Shown here one piece after another: positions 28,453 to 38,351 of a stretch of 43,001 nucleotides of DNA. Under the pieces are notes generated by a model. That model saw only the letters and a program-made list of their open reading frames with translations, made no database searches and was not told the origin of the DNA. Location: positions 1,226-44,226 of the forward strand of contig RSAS01000195.1 in the NCBI GenBank assembly GCA_003934145.1, written 5' to 3'. Position 1 is the stretch's first letter. Each line of letters begins with the position of its first letter. A program made the translations under genes and the position numbers. This DNA is from Candidatus Viridilinea halotolerans (GTDB lineage: Bacteria; Chloroflexota; Chloroflexia; Chloroflexales; Chloroflexaceae).

Positions 28453-29127
28453 CTACTCGCCAAGCGGGTCATCCCCCGCATCAGCATTGCCATACCAGCT
28501 ATAGGCCAGCCGCCGGGATGGATCGCTGAAACGTACAGCGGTTGGGTCAAAGTGTGCCGGATTGTAGCCTTTAGGCAGCCAGTCGCGGAGATCTTCGTCG
28601 AGCGTGTTGGCCACCAGACCAGCGACAAGCTCGCCAAAATGGTGAATTCCGCCGCAGTCTTCGGGCGGGCATGCCCGCTCCCCGCCGACGCAGCGCGGGT
28701 AGCGGAGCATAAAGTTGCGGCGAACGACATCAACCAACCGCACGGTATGGCGCCAATCGTCGCCAAAATCATACTCGTACAACGCGGTGTCATTGCGGAT
28801 GGTGAACATCGCGGCGATCTGGTGCGCCCAACTCGGCGGATCGTCGCAATCCTGGCCCAGACTGTGGATACCGAAAACCCGCTGCTGCTTTGTGCGCGGA
28901 TGCGGGATAGTGAAGCGGTGCAGGTGATAGTCGAGCCAGCCCATCGCATCCTGGATGGCAACATGGAGATCCCAGAAGGTGTAGTCTCCGGGCACTTCAA
29001 TCGCACGCCAGATCAGCGGGTCGCTCTCCTGTAGCTCAATGCGAAAGCGCAGCACCAGCGCGTGGGTCGGGATGACCAACTCACGCCCACCCCGGCGCAA
29101 CCGCGAGCGGCCATCAGTCGTCGTCAT
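28453..29127 (-). CDS. Plasmid pRiA4b ORF-3 family protein
   Basis: PLIWRAIEVP...LHVAIQDAMGWLDYHLHRF...YEYDFGDDWRH...PRCVGGERACPPEDCGG. Confidence 0.9.
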   Translation of the reverse strand: MTTTDGRSRLRRGGRELVIPTHALVLRFRIELQESDPLIWRAIEVPGDYTFWDLHVAIQDAMGWLDYHLHRFTIPHPRTKQQRVFGIHSLGQDCDDPPSWAHQIAAMFTIRNDTALYEYDFGDDWRHTVRLVDVVRRNFMLRYPRCVGGERACPPEDCGGIHHFGELVAGLVANTLDEDLRDWLPKGYNPAHFDPTAVRFSDPSRRLAYSWYGNADAGDDPLGE

Positions 29128-29285
29128 CGGGAACCTTGTCTCTTTAAGAGGTAGCAATTCTAACCCTGCCGACCATGGTACATCACTTCCCCTCGCCAGC
29201 CGCAGTTAGCCCGCGCAGGGGCTTCGTGTTCCTGGGGCATCATTTCGTGAAGCTCCACATGTAGCTGCGCCCTCGTTGCCCCATC

Positions 29286-29864
29286 TCACAAACTATGCAA
29301 TATCTGCCAAGCTCTTTCAAAATTGTTGCGTAGGTCAATCTCATTCGGGTCACGAAGTCTTTCTACGTAGCGATGATGGTGATCTTCGATGGCCTTAATT
29401 ATTCCATGCCGATTAATAAACACTGCCACTACCCTCTGTTGCTCATCAAGACTACAAGCAAATACGTGGGAACCGTCCAAGAGGGCGATGCGACGCCTAG
29501 ACATGCCTATGTGAAACAGACCGTTGCGTCCATCTTTCCAGAGTATTTTGACAATTTCAGATCTTGTCTTTTCTGAAAACTGCTGTAAATCTGGGATAAC
29601 GCTATAAATAGCTTCCTCAAAAAACGTTTTGCCTTGCTTTTCGCTATCCTCGCCTCTCAAAAAAGAGCTGTATCCTTCAAAATATGAAAAGGCCATATTC
29701 AAAACACCAAAACCGGCATGCTCGTGTTGGTTAAGAATGTGTCCACAATCGATCAACCAACCTTGAATACGATCCGCATAGACGTCAATACGATCTGCAA
29801 TAGTGTCGTTATCAAGCTTTGACGAGTCATACTTGGGGCTGACTTTCCATATCTGTACCGTCAT
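29286..29864 (-). CDS. AT-rich hypothetical protein with a HEPN-like RxxxxH motif
   Basis: 192 aa, helical, containing ILWKDGRNGLFHIG; GC content is lower than the neighbouring genes. Confidence 0.55.
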   Translation of the reverse strand: MTVQIWKVSPKYDSSKLDNDTIADRIDVYADRIQGWLIDCGHILNQHEHAGFGVLNMAFSYFEGYSSFLRGEDSEKQGKTFFEEAIYSVIPDLQQFSEKTRSEIVKILWKDGRNGLFHIGMSRRRIALLDGSHVFACSLDEQQRVVAVFINRHGIIKAIEDHHHRYVERLRDPNEIDLRNNFERAWQILHSL

Positions 29865-30023
29865 TGTGCGCCTCCTAGACCCTTATCCGAGATCTGTGCC
29901 ACCAGCCACATGAAGCTGAACTTATACAACATAGTAGCAGAGAACGCAATACTGGTGTAGAGTCGCGTGCTGCCTCTACGGTCTCAATGACGATGAATCG
30001 AGAACAAAATTTTAGCTCAAGAC

Positions 30024-30895
30024 CTACACCTGATAGTCTTTCTTAATACCCCCGTAGTCGTCGCTGCCTCGTTCGTGGTCAGGCACTCCCACCGAGCCGC
30101 TGATGCGCCCAAACATGGGCCGATCTGGATGGTAGTAGCGGAAGTGACCACGAACCTTGTGGGCACTAGCCCCAATCCGTTCAGGCATCCCAACGTCCTT
30201 GAAATCCTCGGCGCTCGTTGGCACCGTGGGCTTGACCCTAAGCACGTAGTAGGTGTGCAGCTTTGCAATGCCGCCATGCTTCGCTGCACGCTTCTGTGCA
30301 GTTGCGCTCGGCGTCACTTCGTCAACTGGGCAGCGCAGATGCATTGCGCTAATGGCCTTGAGCGTTGCGGGCAGGGCGTTTGCCGTTGCAGCCGCCTGCA
30401 GGTGCGCTTCTTCGGACGTGAGTCCTGGTCGCTGCGTCACCACGATGTTCACATGATCCATGTCATCGAGAATATGGCCCTCGCCATCGAGGTTGAGGAG
30501 CGCGGTCACGTCAAGGTAGCTCTGAAGCCCCGTCTGCATGGTGTACATGTGGGCAACCGCAAAGAGGCAGAACCGCCATCCATCGGGCAGGTGCTGCCCC
30601 TTAACTGGCCCTGTGGAGCGAATGGCCTCGGATCGATCCTCAATAAACATCCCCCGCTGCGCAATGATGGGGGATGCGTCACGGTCGACTCGACGAAAAA
30701 CGCCCGGAACGGGGGGGCAACCACACCATACCATGCAGCGGGGTAGCTCGTCCCATCCGACGCGGTTCCCGCGTCGATTTGCCGCTGGATCTCGTCAGCG
30801 ACGATGACCGGCACATTCGGCAGATCCGGGTTCGCCGCGCGGACGAGATCGAAGAGGCGCATGGCTTCGTTGCTCTTGGGAACCTCTCGCGGCAT
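30024..30895 (-). pseudogene. Frameshifted phage-like hypothetical gene
   Basis: MPREVP...VAPPFRAFFVE in one frame continues in another frame near 30665 to ...AHKVRGHFRYY...DHERG, an H-x-x-RGH-x-R motif seen in phage proteins. Confidence 0.5.
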
Positions 30896-31348
30896 AGTGG
30901 TTTTCCCCTCTACTCGTGCTGCGCCATGGGTGCGCAGGCAAGTTACTCCACAAACGAGGCATGGGCGCATGCCTAGAGCTGCGGCCCCTCACCCGATGCA
31001 GCCCTAACTCGCTGGGCTGCAATGTGCCGACCTTCAATCGTCTCGGCCCCTAGTGCGAATGAAACAAGTCGCGACGCCTCTTGCAGAACTGCCTGTGCCA
31101 CTTCATGCTGCTGTTACACCCACGCTACCCACGCATGAACATCCAACAGCCGCTGCAATCACCACACCATCGGCAGCGCACGCATCTGTCTCCTGCTCAC
31201 TCACTTGACGTACCATCTTACCGCATAAGATCGTTCGAACTTTCGGGAAGGTTTCATGTGTCAGTCCGAGCGCATCAGAAAGCGGTGCGTGACGCTAAAC
31301 TGTAGCGTAGCTTGAAACCATCCCTTCGCGTAAAATACCACACTAACT

Positions 31349-31593
31349 CTTACCGTTCGCTCATTTTTTTGGCCGATAAATGAAATATATTCCCCACTTG
31401 AGCCTGAAAAAACGGCACAATTTGGCGCTTGTTCCCCACCTACACCCCACTTTGCCTTACACGGTTTTGAGATGTGTAAAGAGTTTCCGTAAAGCTCGCC
31501 TTCAAGTGGGGAAGAATGCCCTCCAGATGACCGGTTTTGGCCCGCTGGTGGGGGGATTCTCGGAAACCGGTTGAGAAATGAGCGAACGGTGAG
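31349..31593. mobile_element. 245-bp MITE with 18-bp IRs and a 5-bp TSD
   Basis: CTTACCGTTCGCTCATTT / AAATGAGCGAACGGTGAG; TAACT is duplicated at 31344-31348 and 31594-31598. Confidence 0.85.
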
Positions 31594-31743
31594 TAACTAG
31601 TACAACATTTTAACAATCATTGCCATTTTCCCAGACATGGGTGTACTCCAAAATTACTTCTTGACATGACCACTTGTTCGGTATTATACTTTCTTCACGC
31701 TGCAACCTCAAACTTTTTCAGATTGCAGTATGAAGGAAAGACT

Positions 31744-32031
31744 ATGGATGAGAATCTCGACGAGTGCATCAGCAACAAGATGGTGGTTGGACAGTACGCG
31801 GAGGCTGCCCGCCTTGCTGCGACCTTGGATAACGTGAGTGCCAAGGAATCCTGGTTCGAGCGAATCGCTGAAGCCCAAGTTGCAGCCTACGTCAAGCAGA
31901 TGGAGGTAGAGGATTCGCATCAAGGGCTAACCATACTCTTTCCTTTGCCTTCTTGGGTTTCAGTAACCGTACGCCACAGACGGCCAACACTAATACAGGA
32001 GAAAAGCGCGTATGACAACGCCCATGTCTAA
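31744..32031 (+). CDS. Small hypothetical protein overlapping the herA start
   Basis: GAAGGAAAG RBS before ATG 31744; upstream TTGACA(31661)-18 bp-TATACT promoter candidate. Confidence 0.4.
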   Translation: MDENLDECISNKMVVGQYAEAARLAATLDNVSAKESWFERIAEAQVAAYVKQMEVEDSHQGLTILFPLPSWVSVTVRHRRPTLIQEKSAYDNAHV

Positions 32032-33664
32032 CGATGACCTCTTGGAACTTGATGAGTTACTCGCCGATAATGCGAACCAACCGCAGATCGGGGATATGCT
32101 TGAGAAGCTAATCGGCAAAATCATCTGCCTGCCGACGGGTACCTCGCCGAGCTTCTTGGAAATGCATGTCCGCTTGAATCCCTCCACCCCGAGCCTCAGC
32201 CCTGGCACATGGGTGTCTGTAGAGACTACGAATGACTCCAGTGAGCCACGGCGCACACTAGGCCGAGTTGTCAATACCTGGGAGCATAACCCACACGAGG
32301 ATGCACAGGGTTCGCTCATAGGCGATGTATTGCCCTTCAATACCGTCTACGCCCAAGAGGGTGAATCGACCGTCATCTACCGCATTACGGAAATCGAACC
32401 GATGGAGGAGGCCATCATCAACAATGAGGGGGCTATCGTACGGATTGAGGAACTAAGCACACTGCCACGCGCAGGTGCTAATGTCTATGCAGCGAGTGAT
32501 ATTATTGTCACGGCGGCCCTCGGGCTGGCTAATGACCCAGAATTAGGACTGGAAATTGGCACACTCCGCAGTTCCGGGGAGCCACCAATTCCTGCCATTC
32601 TCACCCGCTCTGCGATCCAACGACACATCTTCATCGGTGGCGGTATCGGCTCCGGTAAGTCCTATACACGAGGCGTGATTGCGGAAGAATTGTATGCGCT
32701 TGGTGTTCCTCAAGTAAATATCGACGTCAATGGAGAGATGATCGATGCCACACATCAGCTTGGTGGTATCAACCTCGTGCCTGGTAAGGACGGTTTCACC
32801 CTTCCGCTAAGTTCACTTACGGCGCAGGACGTGATCGACGCTATCCCTGGTCTCCGTTCCGGCACCAACATTGAGACATTGATTAGTTACGCTCACGAGG
32901 AACTCCTGAAGAATCGAACCTTGGCGAAGGCTGAGTACTTTGGTGTGGAAGATCTGGTTGATGAAATCGATCTCGTAGCCCCGGTTCTTGAAATGAAAGC
33001 CGCAAATACCCTTCGACCAGCAATGCAACGGGCCTACAGTTTGAATCGCATCTCCTACATTGGTAAACCCTTTGACTGGGACAAGTACATCAAACCCGGT
33101 GCGCTGATCAACATCGACTGTCGGGGAATGCTAGTCTCGGATATTAGGCTGATCGTTGCATCCATCGCCCGTGACCTCCAGCGACTCGCACGGAAGGACA
33201 ATAACCTGTTTGTGGCATTCAGCATCGACGAGTTCCACTTAGTCGCCCCGAACGACGACAAATCCGTAACAACCCAGGTGCTACGCGAGATCGCCCGTAT
33301 CGGCCGTCACTATAAGATCGGTCTAATCCTGACGACACAGTCGCCGCAGGACGTGGATCGCTCAATTCTCAAACGGCTGCTGACCCGCTTCTTGCACGCC
33401 ATCGAACCCGACCAGCTCGACGCTCTGCGTGGAGTCTTCTCTGATGCCTCGGAGACTCTTGTGAAAACACTGCCGAAGTTGCCTCAAGGAACCTGCATCG
33501 TCACCGGTGCCTTTGAAACCATCCGCCACGCGGCGGTGGTCAACATTCGAAAGCGGAAGACCATCCATGGCGGAAAAACGCCAGATATATGGAGCGACTT
33601 TGTGTCGGCAGGATGGCAGGGGAAACGCGACATCAATATCTTGGAGGATTCCCGTGACCAGTGA
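32012..33664 (+). CDS. herA: HerA/FtsK-superfamily ATPase (HAS barrel + DUF87-type)
   Basis: RHIFIGGGIGSGKS (Walker A), IDVNGE, FSIDEFH (Walker B), EIARIGRHYKIG (Arg finger region), TTQSPQD. Confidence 0.9.
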   Translation: MTTPMSNDDLLELDELLADNANQPQIGDMLEKLIGKIICLPTGTSPSFLEMHVRLNPSTPSLSPGTWVSVETTNDSSEPRRTLGRVVNTWEHNPHEDAQGSLIGDVLPFNTVYAQEGESTVIYRITEIEPMEEAIINNEGAIVRIEELSTLPRAGANVYAASDIIVTAALGLANDPELGLEIGTLRSSGEPPIPAILTRSAIQRHIFIGGGIGSGKSYTRGVIAEELYALGVPQVNIDVNGEMIDATHQLGGINLVPGKDGFTLPLSSLTAQDVIDAIPGLRSGTNIETLISYAHEELLKNRTLAKAEYFGVEDLVDEIDLVAPVLEMKAANTLRPAMQRAYSLNRISYIGKPFDWDKYIKPGALINIDCRGMLVSDIRLIVASIARDLQRLARKDNNLFVAFSIDEFHLVAPNDDKSVTTQVLREIARIGRHYKIGLILTTQSPQDVDRSILKRLLTRFLHAIEPDQLDALRGVFSDASETLVKTLPKLPQGTCIVTGAFETIRHAAVVNIRKRKTIHGGKTPDIWSDFVSAGWQGKRDINILEDSRDQ

Positions 33665-35843
33665 TGCGCTTGGCAAGCCGAATGTCCAAAAACGCGAGGT
33701 AATGATCATCGACTACCTGCGAGAGAAGCCGCAGGGCGCGGTGGTCAGCGAGATTCATGCTAACGTCAGTGAGATCCTGGGCGACACAATTAGCCGCCAA
33801 GCTTACGATAAGCTGCTCCAACGCCTTGTGGTGGCCGGAAAGCTGGAAGTTATAGAAGGTGAGCCAGGTGCCCGACGCTACATGGTGCCACCCCAGATCT
33901 ATGCTACAAGTAGGCTGACACTCGACGAGGTCTACGAACTGCTCCCCTTTGTGAATAGCTCTGAGTCGATGGCTAGGGCGATTGAAGCGCAGCAGTACTT
34001 TTACGAGAACCGAAAGACAGTGCTCCGCGCCACCGCCGAAGCCTTGATCGAGGAGGACGCAGTCAAACTCTTCATGCTCTGGATTCAGACTCTTGTGGAA
34101 GAACTCAGGGTCAGTCTTGGAAACTACTGGTGGCGGGAGGAGGATGGCCCACACCAAGGTAAGCGTGTGCTGATCGACAACGCGTTCGAGCGTCAGATCG
34201 AAAATCAGTGTGACACGTTACGGGCGATTCTCTATCAACAACTCAGTATTCCACCCGAGGTACTCAATATCCCCGAGTGGGATGGACCAAGAGGCCTGCG
34301 GCACAATGCTGACATCCCAATCGAGTATGACGCGCAGGAACTTGAGCGGCTCTTACAAGTGCGCATCTTTGGCGTCGGTCCAAAGCAGACCATGCTCGGT
34401 CTCGTAACGGTTGACCGCAAGAAACGCAGTATGGCAAAGCAAGACATGGTGATTTCTGGAAGCGATGGAAGCTTTCACGCGGGCACGGTCGGTATTCGTA
34501 CCGCGCAGGGCTATATAGAGGACGAATCGTTCGTAGTCACCTTCAATAACGGTGTAGCCTTTGTTCGCTCGTCCGAGCGGATGGAGAAACAGTACGGAGA
34601 AAAAAAGTTTGTCCACTCCGCACCATTGACGCGGCAAACGGTTGATGACCCCGCGTACAAGGGGATGGTGTTGGCACCCTTCATGTTCCCGATGCTAACC
34701 GACTCCGAGTACGAGCACATGGTCCGCACAGCTTCAGACGTAGTACAGATGCGTGTTGACGAAAATACCTTCCGGGGTATGGCACGTGAAGTGGTGACGG
34801 GTATGCTCATACCCGAGCCGCAGGTGCATATCCGCGACGGCACAATCACACCCCAGAGTCGCGGCTTCAACCACTATTACCGGATAGATCCTTATGGCGA
34901 GATCACCCGCGAAGGCATCAAGTTGCTGAGCGAGATATTGAAGCGTATCCAGAGCCAGCGGCGTCCGCAGGTCTACGCCGGCGCAGTGAAGTCGACACAG
35001 ATCCGTCTTTTCTCACGACTCATCAACTGGTACATTGGACGTGGTTCAAAGATCACGCGGGGTGCTGCCATCGCTCCGAACTGGGACGACCGACACGCCG
35101 GCTTCATCGCCGACACGGACGTCATGAGTTTGCTGCTATCCAACTTGGAGCCACCGATGGAGCGGAACGGCTTCTGGCTGTCTTGCGCCGTGCTGCGTCA
35201 GTTCTCTTCCCTCACGGAGTTTTACACGTACAAAGCCGGCATGCATCCCAAGTGGCTACCGGTGCTTCAGCGCCTACGAAATGATGCGCTGAGGAGACAC
35301 GATGACTACGGCGGTGCCCTACCCTACCACGCGATGATCAGCGAGGACGCACTGGAGGACGACCCCTACCTGCACCTCTTGGAAAGTGCTGACTTCGTGT
35401 CATTTTACATCGGGCACACCTCTGGCGACCCCGCACCGAAACTCCCTCGCTACGAGTTCCTGTGCTCGCTGCGGGAACTCCAGACTGACCCCGAGAGCTC
35501 ACGGGAAATCGTTGAACGCAACGTCCAGCAGCTTGTGACGGCGCTCGTCACCTGCGAGTTCACTCAAGATCGAGAACATAACTTTTTGAACCGAACGAGT
35601 CTGACCAAACTAATTCCGTCGGTCGTATACCGAGCGCACGAATATGCCAAGCATCTCGGTAAGAAACTGGAGGGGGAATACAAATCGATCGTCGTCGCCC
35701 GCCTGATCGCCCGGCGGAAGCTCCAAAGCGGTGGAGAGCGGGGTGTCGATATTCGCCCAATCAGCATTCGGCGATACATTGAGCGATTCGTCGACGCACG
35801 TCGTGCATTACCCCCGCCAGAGCGCGGTGACGAAGAACGCTAG
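33654..35843 (+). CDS. NurA-like nuclease with an N-terminal winged-helix extension
   Basis: GGAGGA RBS and GTG 33654. N-terminal wHTH (IIDYL...SEIH...ISRQAYDKLLQRLVVAGKL). NurA-type motifs ISGSDGS, HIRDGTI, GAVKS, PSVVYRAHEYAK. Confidence 0.75.
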   Translation: MTSDALGKPNVQKREVMIIDYLREKPQGAVVSEIHANVSEILGDTISRQAYDKLLQRLVVAGKLEVIEGEPGARRYMVPPQIYATSRLTLDEVYELLPFVNSSESMARAIEAQQYFYENRKTVLRATAEALIEEDAVKLFMLWIQTLVEELRVSLGNYWWREEDGPHQGKRVLIDNAFERQIENQCDTLRAILYQQLSIPPEVLNIPEWDGPRGLRHNADIPIEYDAQELERLLQVRIFGVGPKQTMLGLVTVDRKKRSMAKQDMVISGSDGSFHAGTVGIRTAQGYIEDESFVVTFNNGVAFVRSSERMEKQYGEKKFVHSAPLTRQTVDDPAYKGMVLAPFMFPMLTDSEYEHMVRTASDVVQMRVDENTFRGMAREVVTGMLIPEPQVHIRDGTITPQSRGFNHYYRIDPYGEITREGIKLLSEILKRIQSQRRPQVYAGAVKSTQIRLFSRLINWYIGRGSKITRGAAIAPNWDDRHAGFIADTDVMSLLLSNLEPPMERNGFWLSCAVLRQFSSLTEFYTYKAGMHPKWLPVLQRLRNDALRRHDDYGGALPYHAMISEDALEDDPYLHLLESADFVSFYIGHTSGDPAPKLPRYEFLCSLRELQTDPESSREIVERNVQQLVTALVTCEFTQDREHNFLNRTSLTKLIPSVVYRAHEYAKHLGKKLEGEYKSIVVARLIARRKLQSGGERGVDIRPISIRRYIERFVDARRALPPPERGDEER

Positions 35844-37066
35844 GTCGGGAGGATATGCTGGATTTGCTGCTTGATATGCTGACCGATAGCCTCGGCGAGA
35901 GGCAAGGGGACGGCGTTTCCTACGAGCAGCATCTGGTCGGCAAGGTTCCCATGGAACACAAAATCGTCGGAGAAACCCTGAATCCGCGCACCCTCTCGGA
36001 TGGTGAGGGTGCGCGACTCTTGATAATGGAAGAACCGTCCACTCCCTGCATTCTGGAAGTATGTTGTCAGCGTCCTTGCGAGTCCGCGACGATGCAGGCG
36101 TCCATATGCCTGAGAGTAGTGAACTGCGTTGCGTGACCCGCTCGTGTCGGCATCGAGAATGCCCCCCTCCCGGACACTCTGCATCATATGGAGCATGTCT
36201 GGCTGGTGCTGGCGTGAGGTACAATTCGCCACCTCACCACATGTGCTGCGTAGTCGACGCTGGTAATCGTTGGTAGCTTGTTTTGTATAAGGCACAGTCG
36301 CGTTGGAGTTCTCGGTTACACCAATGACATCACCAATTGCATTTTGAACGGTGACCAATGGCTTTAAGCATGCCGATATCTCGGTACTCACCTGATCAAG
36401 CTGACGGGCGATCCGCGCTTTAATGATCGGGTCGGCACCAAAAATATGGGGGGCGCTCTTTTTTGTGAGCTTCACACGGTCATCGCTGCTAGGAAGATAG
36501 TACGAGTAGAGACTCTGTCCGTATTTCCCGTGGGTCGGAACAGGCAGCGTGGGCTGGAGGTTCAAGTCTCGACGATATGCGATCAGAATGAGGCGATGAC
36601 GTGTCTGCGGGGTACCATAGCGTGCCGCGTTCAGAATACCGTAGGTCACTAGATAGTGCTGCTCAATCTGATCCATCAGAGGCTGGAAAAGCGGATGGAA
36701 CAGGAGCTGGGGTACATTTTCCATCATCAAGAAGAACGGCTGGATTTGAGTTACAACCCTAGCGTAGGCAAGAACCAACTGGTTGATGACATTCTGAGGC
36801 TGTTTCTTACCCGCGAGGCTAAAGCCCTGGCAGGGCGGACCACCTAGAATCCCGTGCAGAGTTCGGCCAGCAAGAGTTTCTTGAACGGCATGCGCCTGTA
36901 ACTCGCTAACATCCTGTTTAAAATAGGCGGCCCCCGGTCGATTAGCAAGGAAGGTACTCTGAGCGGGTGCAAAATTGTCGTAGTATGCTATGGTTTCATA
37001 GTCCCCAGCACGCTCGAACCCTTGAGCGAGACCAGCGGCACCGGCGAATAGCTCAATAACGTGCAT
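35840..37066 (-). CDS. dcm: DNA (cytosine-5)-methyltransferase
   Basis: ELFAGAAGL, GGPPCQGFS, MENV, PQTRHRL, RTLTIREGARIQGF, VGNAVP. Confidence 0.96.
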   Translation of the reverse strand: MHVIELFAGAAGLAQGFERAGDYETIAYYDNFAPAQSTFLANRPGAAYFKQDVSELQAHAVQETLAGRTLHGILGGPPCQGFSLAGKKQPQNVINQLVLAYARVVTQIQPFFLMMENVPQLLFHPLFQPLMDQIEQHYLVTYGILNAARYGTPQTRHRLILIAYRRDLNLQPTLPVPTHGKYGQSLYSYYLPSSDDRVKLTKKSAPHIFGADPIIKARIARQLDQVSTEISACLKPLVTVQNAIGDVIGVTENSNATVPYTKQATNDYQRRLRSTCGEVANCTSRQHQPDMLHMMQSVREGGILDADTSGSRNAVHYSQAYGRLHRRGLARTLTTYFQNAGSGRFFHYQESRTLTIREGARIQGFSDDFVFHGNLADQMLLVGNAVPLPLAEAIGQHIKQQIQHILPT

Positions 37067-37123
37067 AGCACACTCTCACTCTCCGCTGTGGACATCGTGG
37101 TCGTACAGCAATTATCGAAATAG

Positions 37124-37225
37124 TGTTGCTGTACCAGCAACAACACGCATATCATAACAAGTCATGTTGCTACTGTCAAGTATTTTGTTGCTGCTATTGC
37201 AACATAGCGAAAGCTGTGATAGATT
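37124..37225. promoter_or_regulatory. Divergent promoters overlapped by TGTTGC-N7-GCAACA operators
   Basis: Palindromes at 37124-37142 and 37186-37204 and a half-site at 37165. Minus-strand TTGACA(37179-37174)-17-TATGAT(37156-37151) for the MTase. Plus-strand TTGCAA-17-TAGATT for the HTH gene. Confidence 0.7.
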
Positions 37226-37256
37226 TCAAGGTACTTGAAAAGGCGGGAGGCAGCGG

Positions 37257-37499
37257 ATGATTTACTCACGGCTCAAGGATCTGATCGATCAGAAAGAAAC
37301 GATTGAGGGCCGCTCGCTCTCCTACCGCACTATCCAAGACGAGTGTGGCGTGTCCGCGTCGACCATTTCACGTTTGGCAAACAATAAGATGGATCGGTTT
37401 GAGAAAGACTTACTTAATAAACTCTGCCTATACTTCGCCTGCTCAGTCAGCGATATTTTAGAGTATCGTCCAAACGAAGCTGAGTCGTGCGAATTGTGA
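37257..37499 (+). CDS. Xre/Cro-family HTH transcriptional regulator
   Basis: LSYRTIQDECGVSASTISRLANN...LNKLCLYFACSVSDILEY; GGGAGG RBS. Confidence 0.9.
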   Translation: MIYSRLKDLIDQKETIEGRSLSYRTIQDECGVSASTISRLANNKMDRFEKDLLNKLCLYFACSVSDILEYRPNEAESCEL

Positions 37500-37682
37500 C
37501 TTGAGGGATAAAATAGCCGTATAAAGATTCATAACGTGGCCGCGATCAAAATAAATAAACTTATTTTGATTAAATCAAGATGAAATTTATTCCCTGTAAG
37601 TATTTACTATCACTCGACTAAATATATTATATAAAGTGATCATTATCTAATGATATTCAGACTAAAAAAGATATGTTTTCAG

Positions 37683-38040
37683 ATATCTATTCAGACCCCC
37701 CGGAAGGAAGCAGTTTAGGGCAGGCTGATTCGCCCAATACGCGCTGACGGCGGCAATCAAGTAGGGCAGGAGCAGACGCTGGTATTGTGCGCACATGTGG
37801 CACTGACAATGAGACAAAGCGGCTCCCTCCGACGCTTTGCGTGCCGTAGATCCCTTTGCGCCAGAGTACCGCCGGACGTAACGCGCGTTCGGTAGCATTG
37901 TTGGTCAGATCAATACCCTTCACCTCTACGAACGTCCAGAGCGCATCTCACAGGCGCAGCAGTTCGCTATAGAGGCTGCGGAGGTAGTAGCCATCATACT
38001 GGACGATTTGCATGCGTTCCCGCATAGCCTGTTGGACGGG
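37683..38040 (-). pseudogene. IS66-family transposase 3' remnant
   Basis: LWTFVEV.GIDLTNNATERALRPAVLWRKGIYGTQS with stops and frameshifts; IS66-like terminus ATATCTATTCAG at about 37683. Confidence 0.8.
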
Positions 38041-38045
38041 CTAAG

Positions 38046-38351
38046 TGGTACTTTACGCGAAGGTTCGAACGGTCTTATGCGGTAAAACGGGCCTCTGTTC
38101 GAACCTTGAGGTAAAGAAATTTACCCGAAGGTTCGAACGAAAAGTAGAGATTCTGGCTAGGTTTGCCATTATGAAGCGATTCTGGCTTTGCTGGGGCCGA
38201 TAACCGATTGATTGATCATCGCCCGCCTTCCACCGCTCTGGGAAGCCAACGAATGAAAAGCAGTGGCCCATTGGAGGCCTGCTGTTCGAGGATTGAGGTA
38301 AATGTTCGAGGATTGAGGTAAAAAGTGTTCGAACCTTCGCGTGAAGTACCA
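38046..38351. mobile_element. 306-bp TG...CA mini-element with 25-bp IRs and repeated 19-bp internal sites (Tn5053/Tn7-like ends)
   Basis: TGGTACTT(T/C)ACGCGAAGGTTCGAAC at both ends. Related 19-mers at 38097, 38120, 38284 and 38304. No clean TSD. Confidence 0.7.

Noticed and set aside
29155-31025. Integron attC-like sites (TAAC...GTTAG near 29160-29212; CCCTAAC near 31002)
   Set aside because: Inner-box complementarity is not convincing, and the recombinase at 22398 shows no recognisable IntI features.
33507-33653. Earlier start for the NurA-like gene
   Set aside because: It would overlap herA by about 160 bp; GTG 33654 has a GGAGGA RBS.
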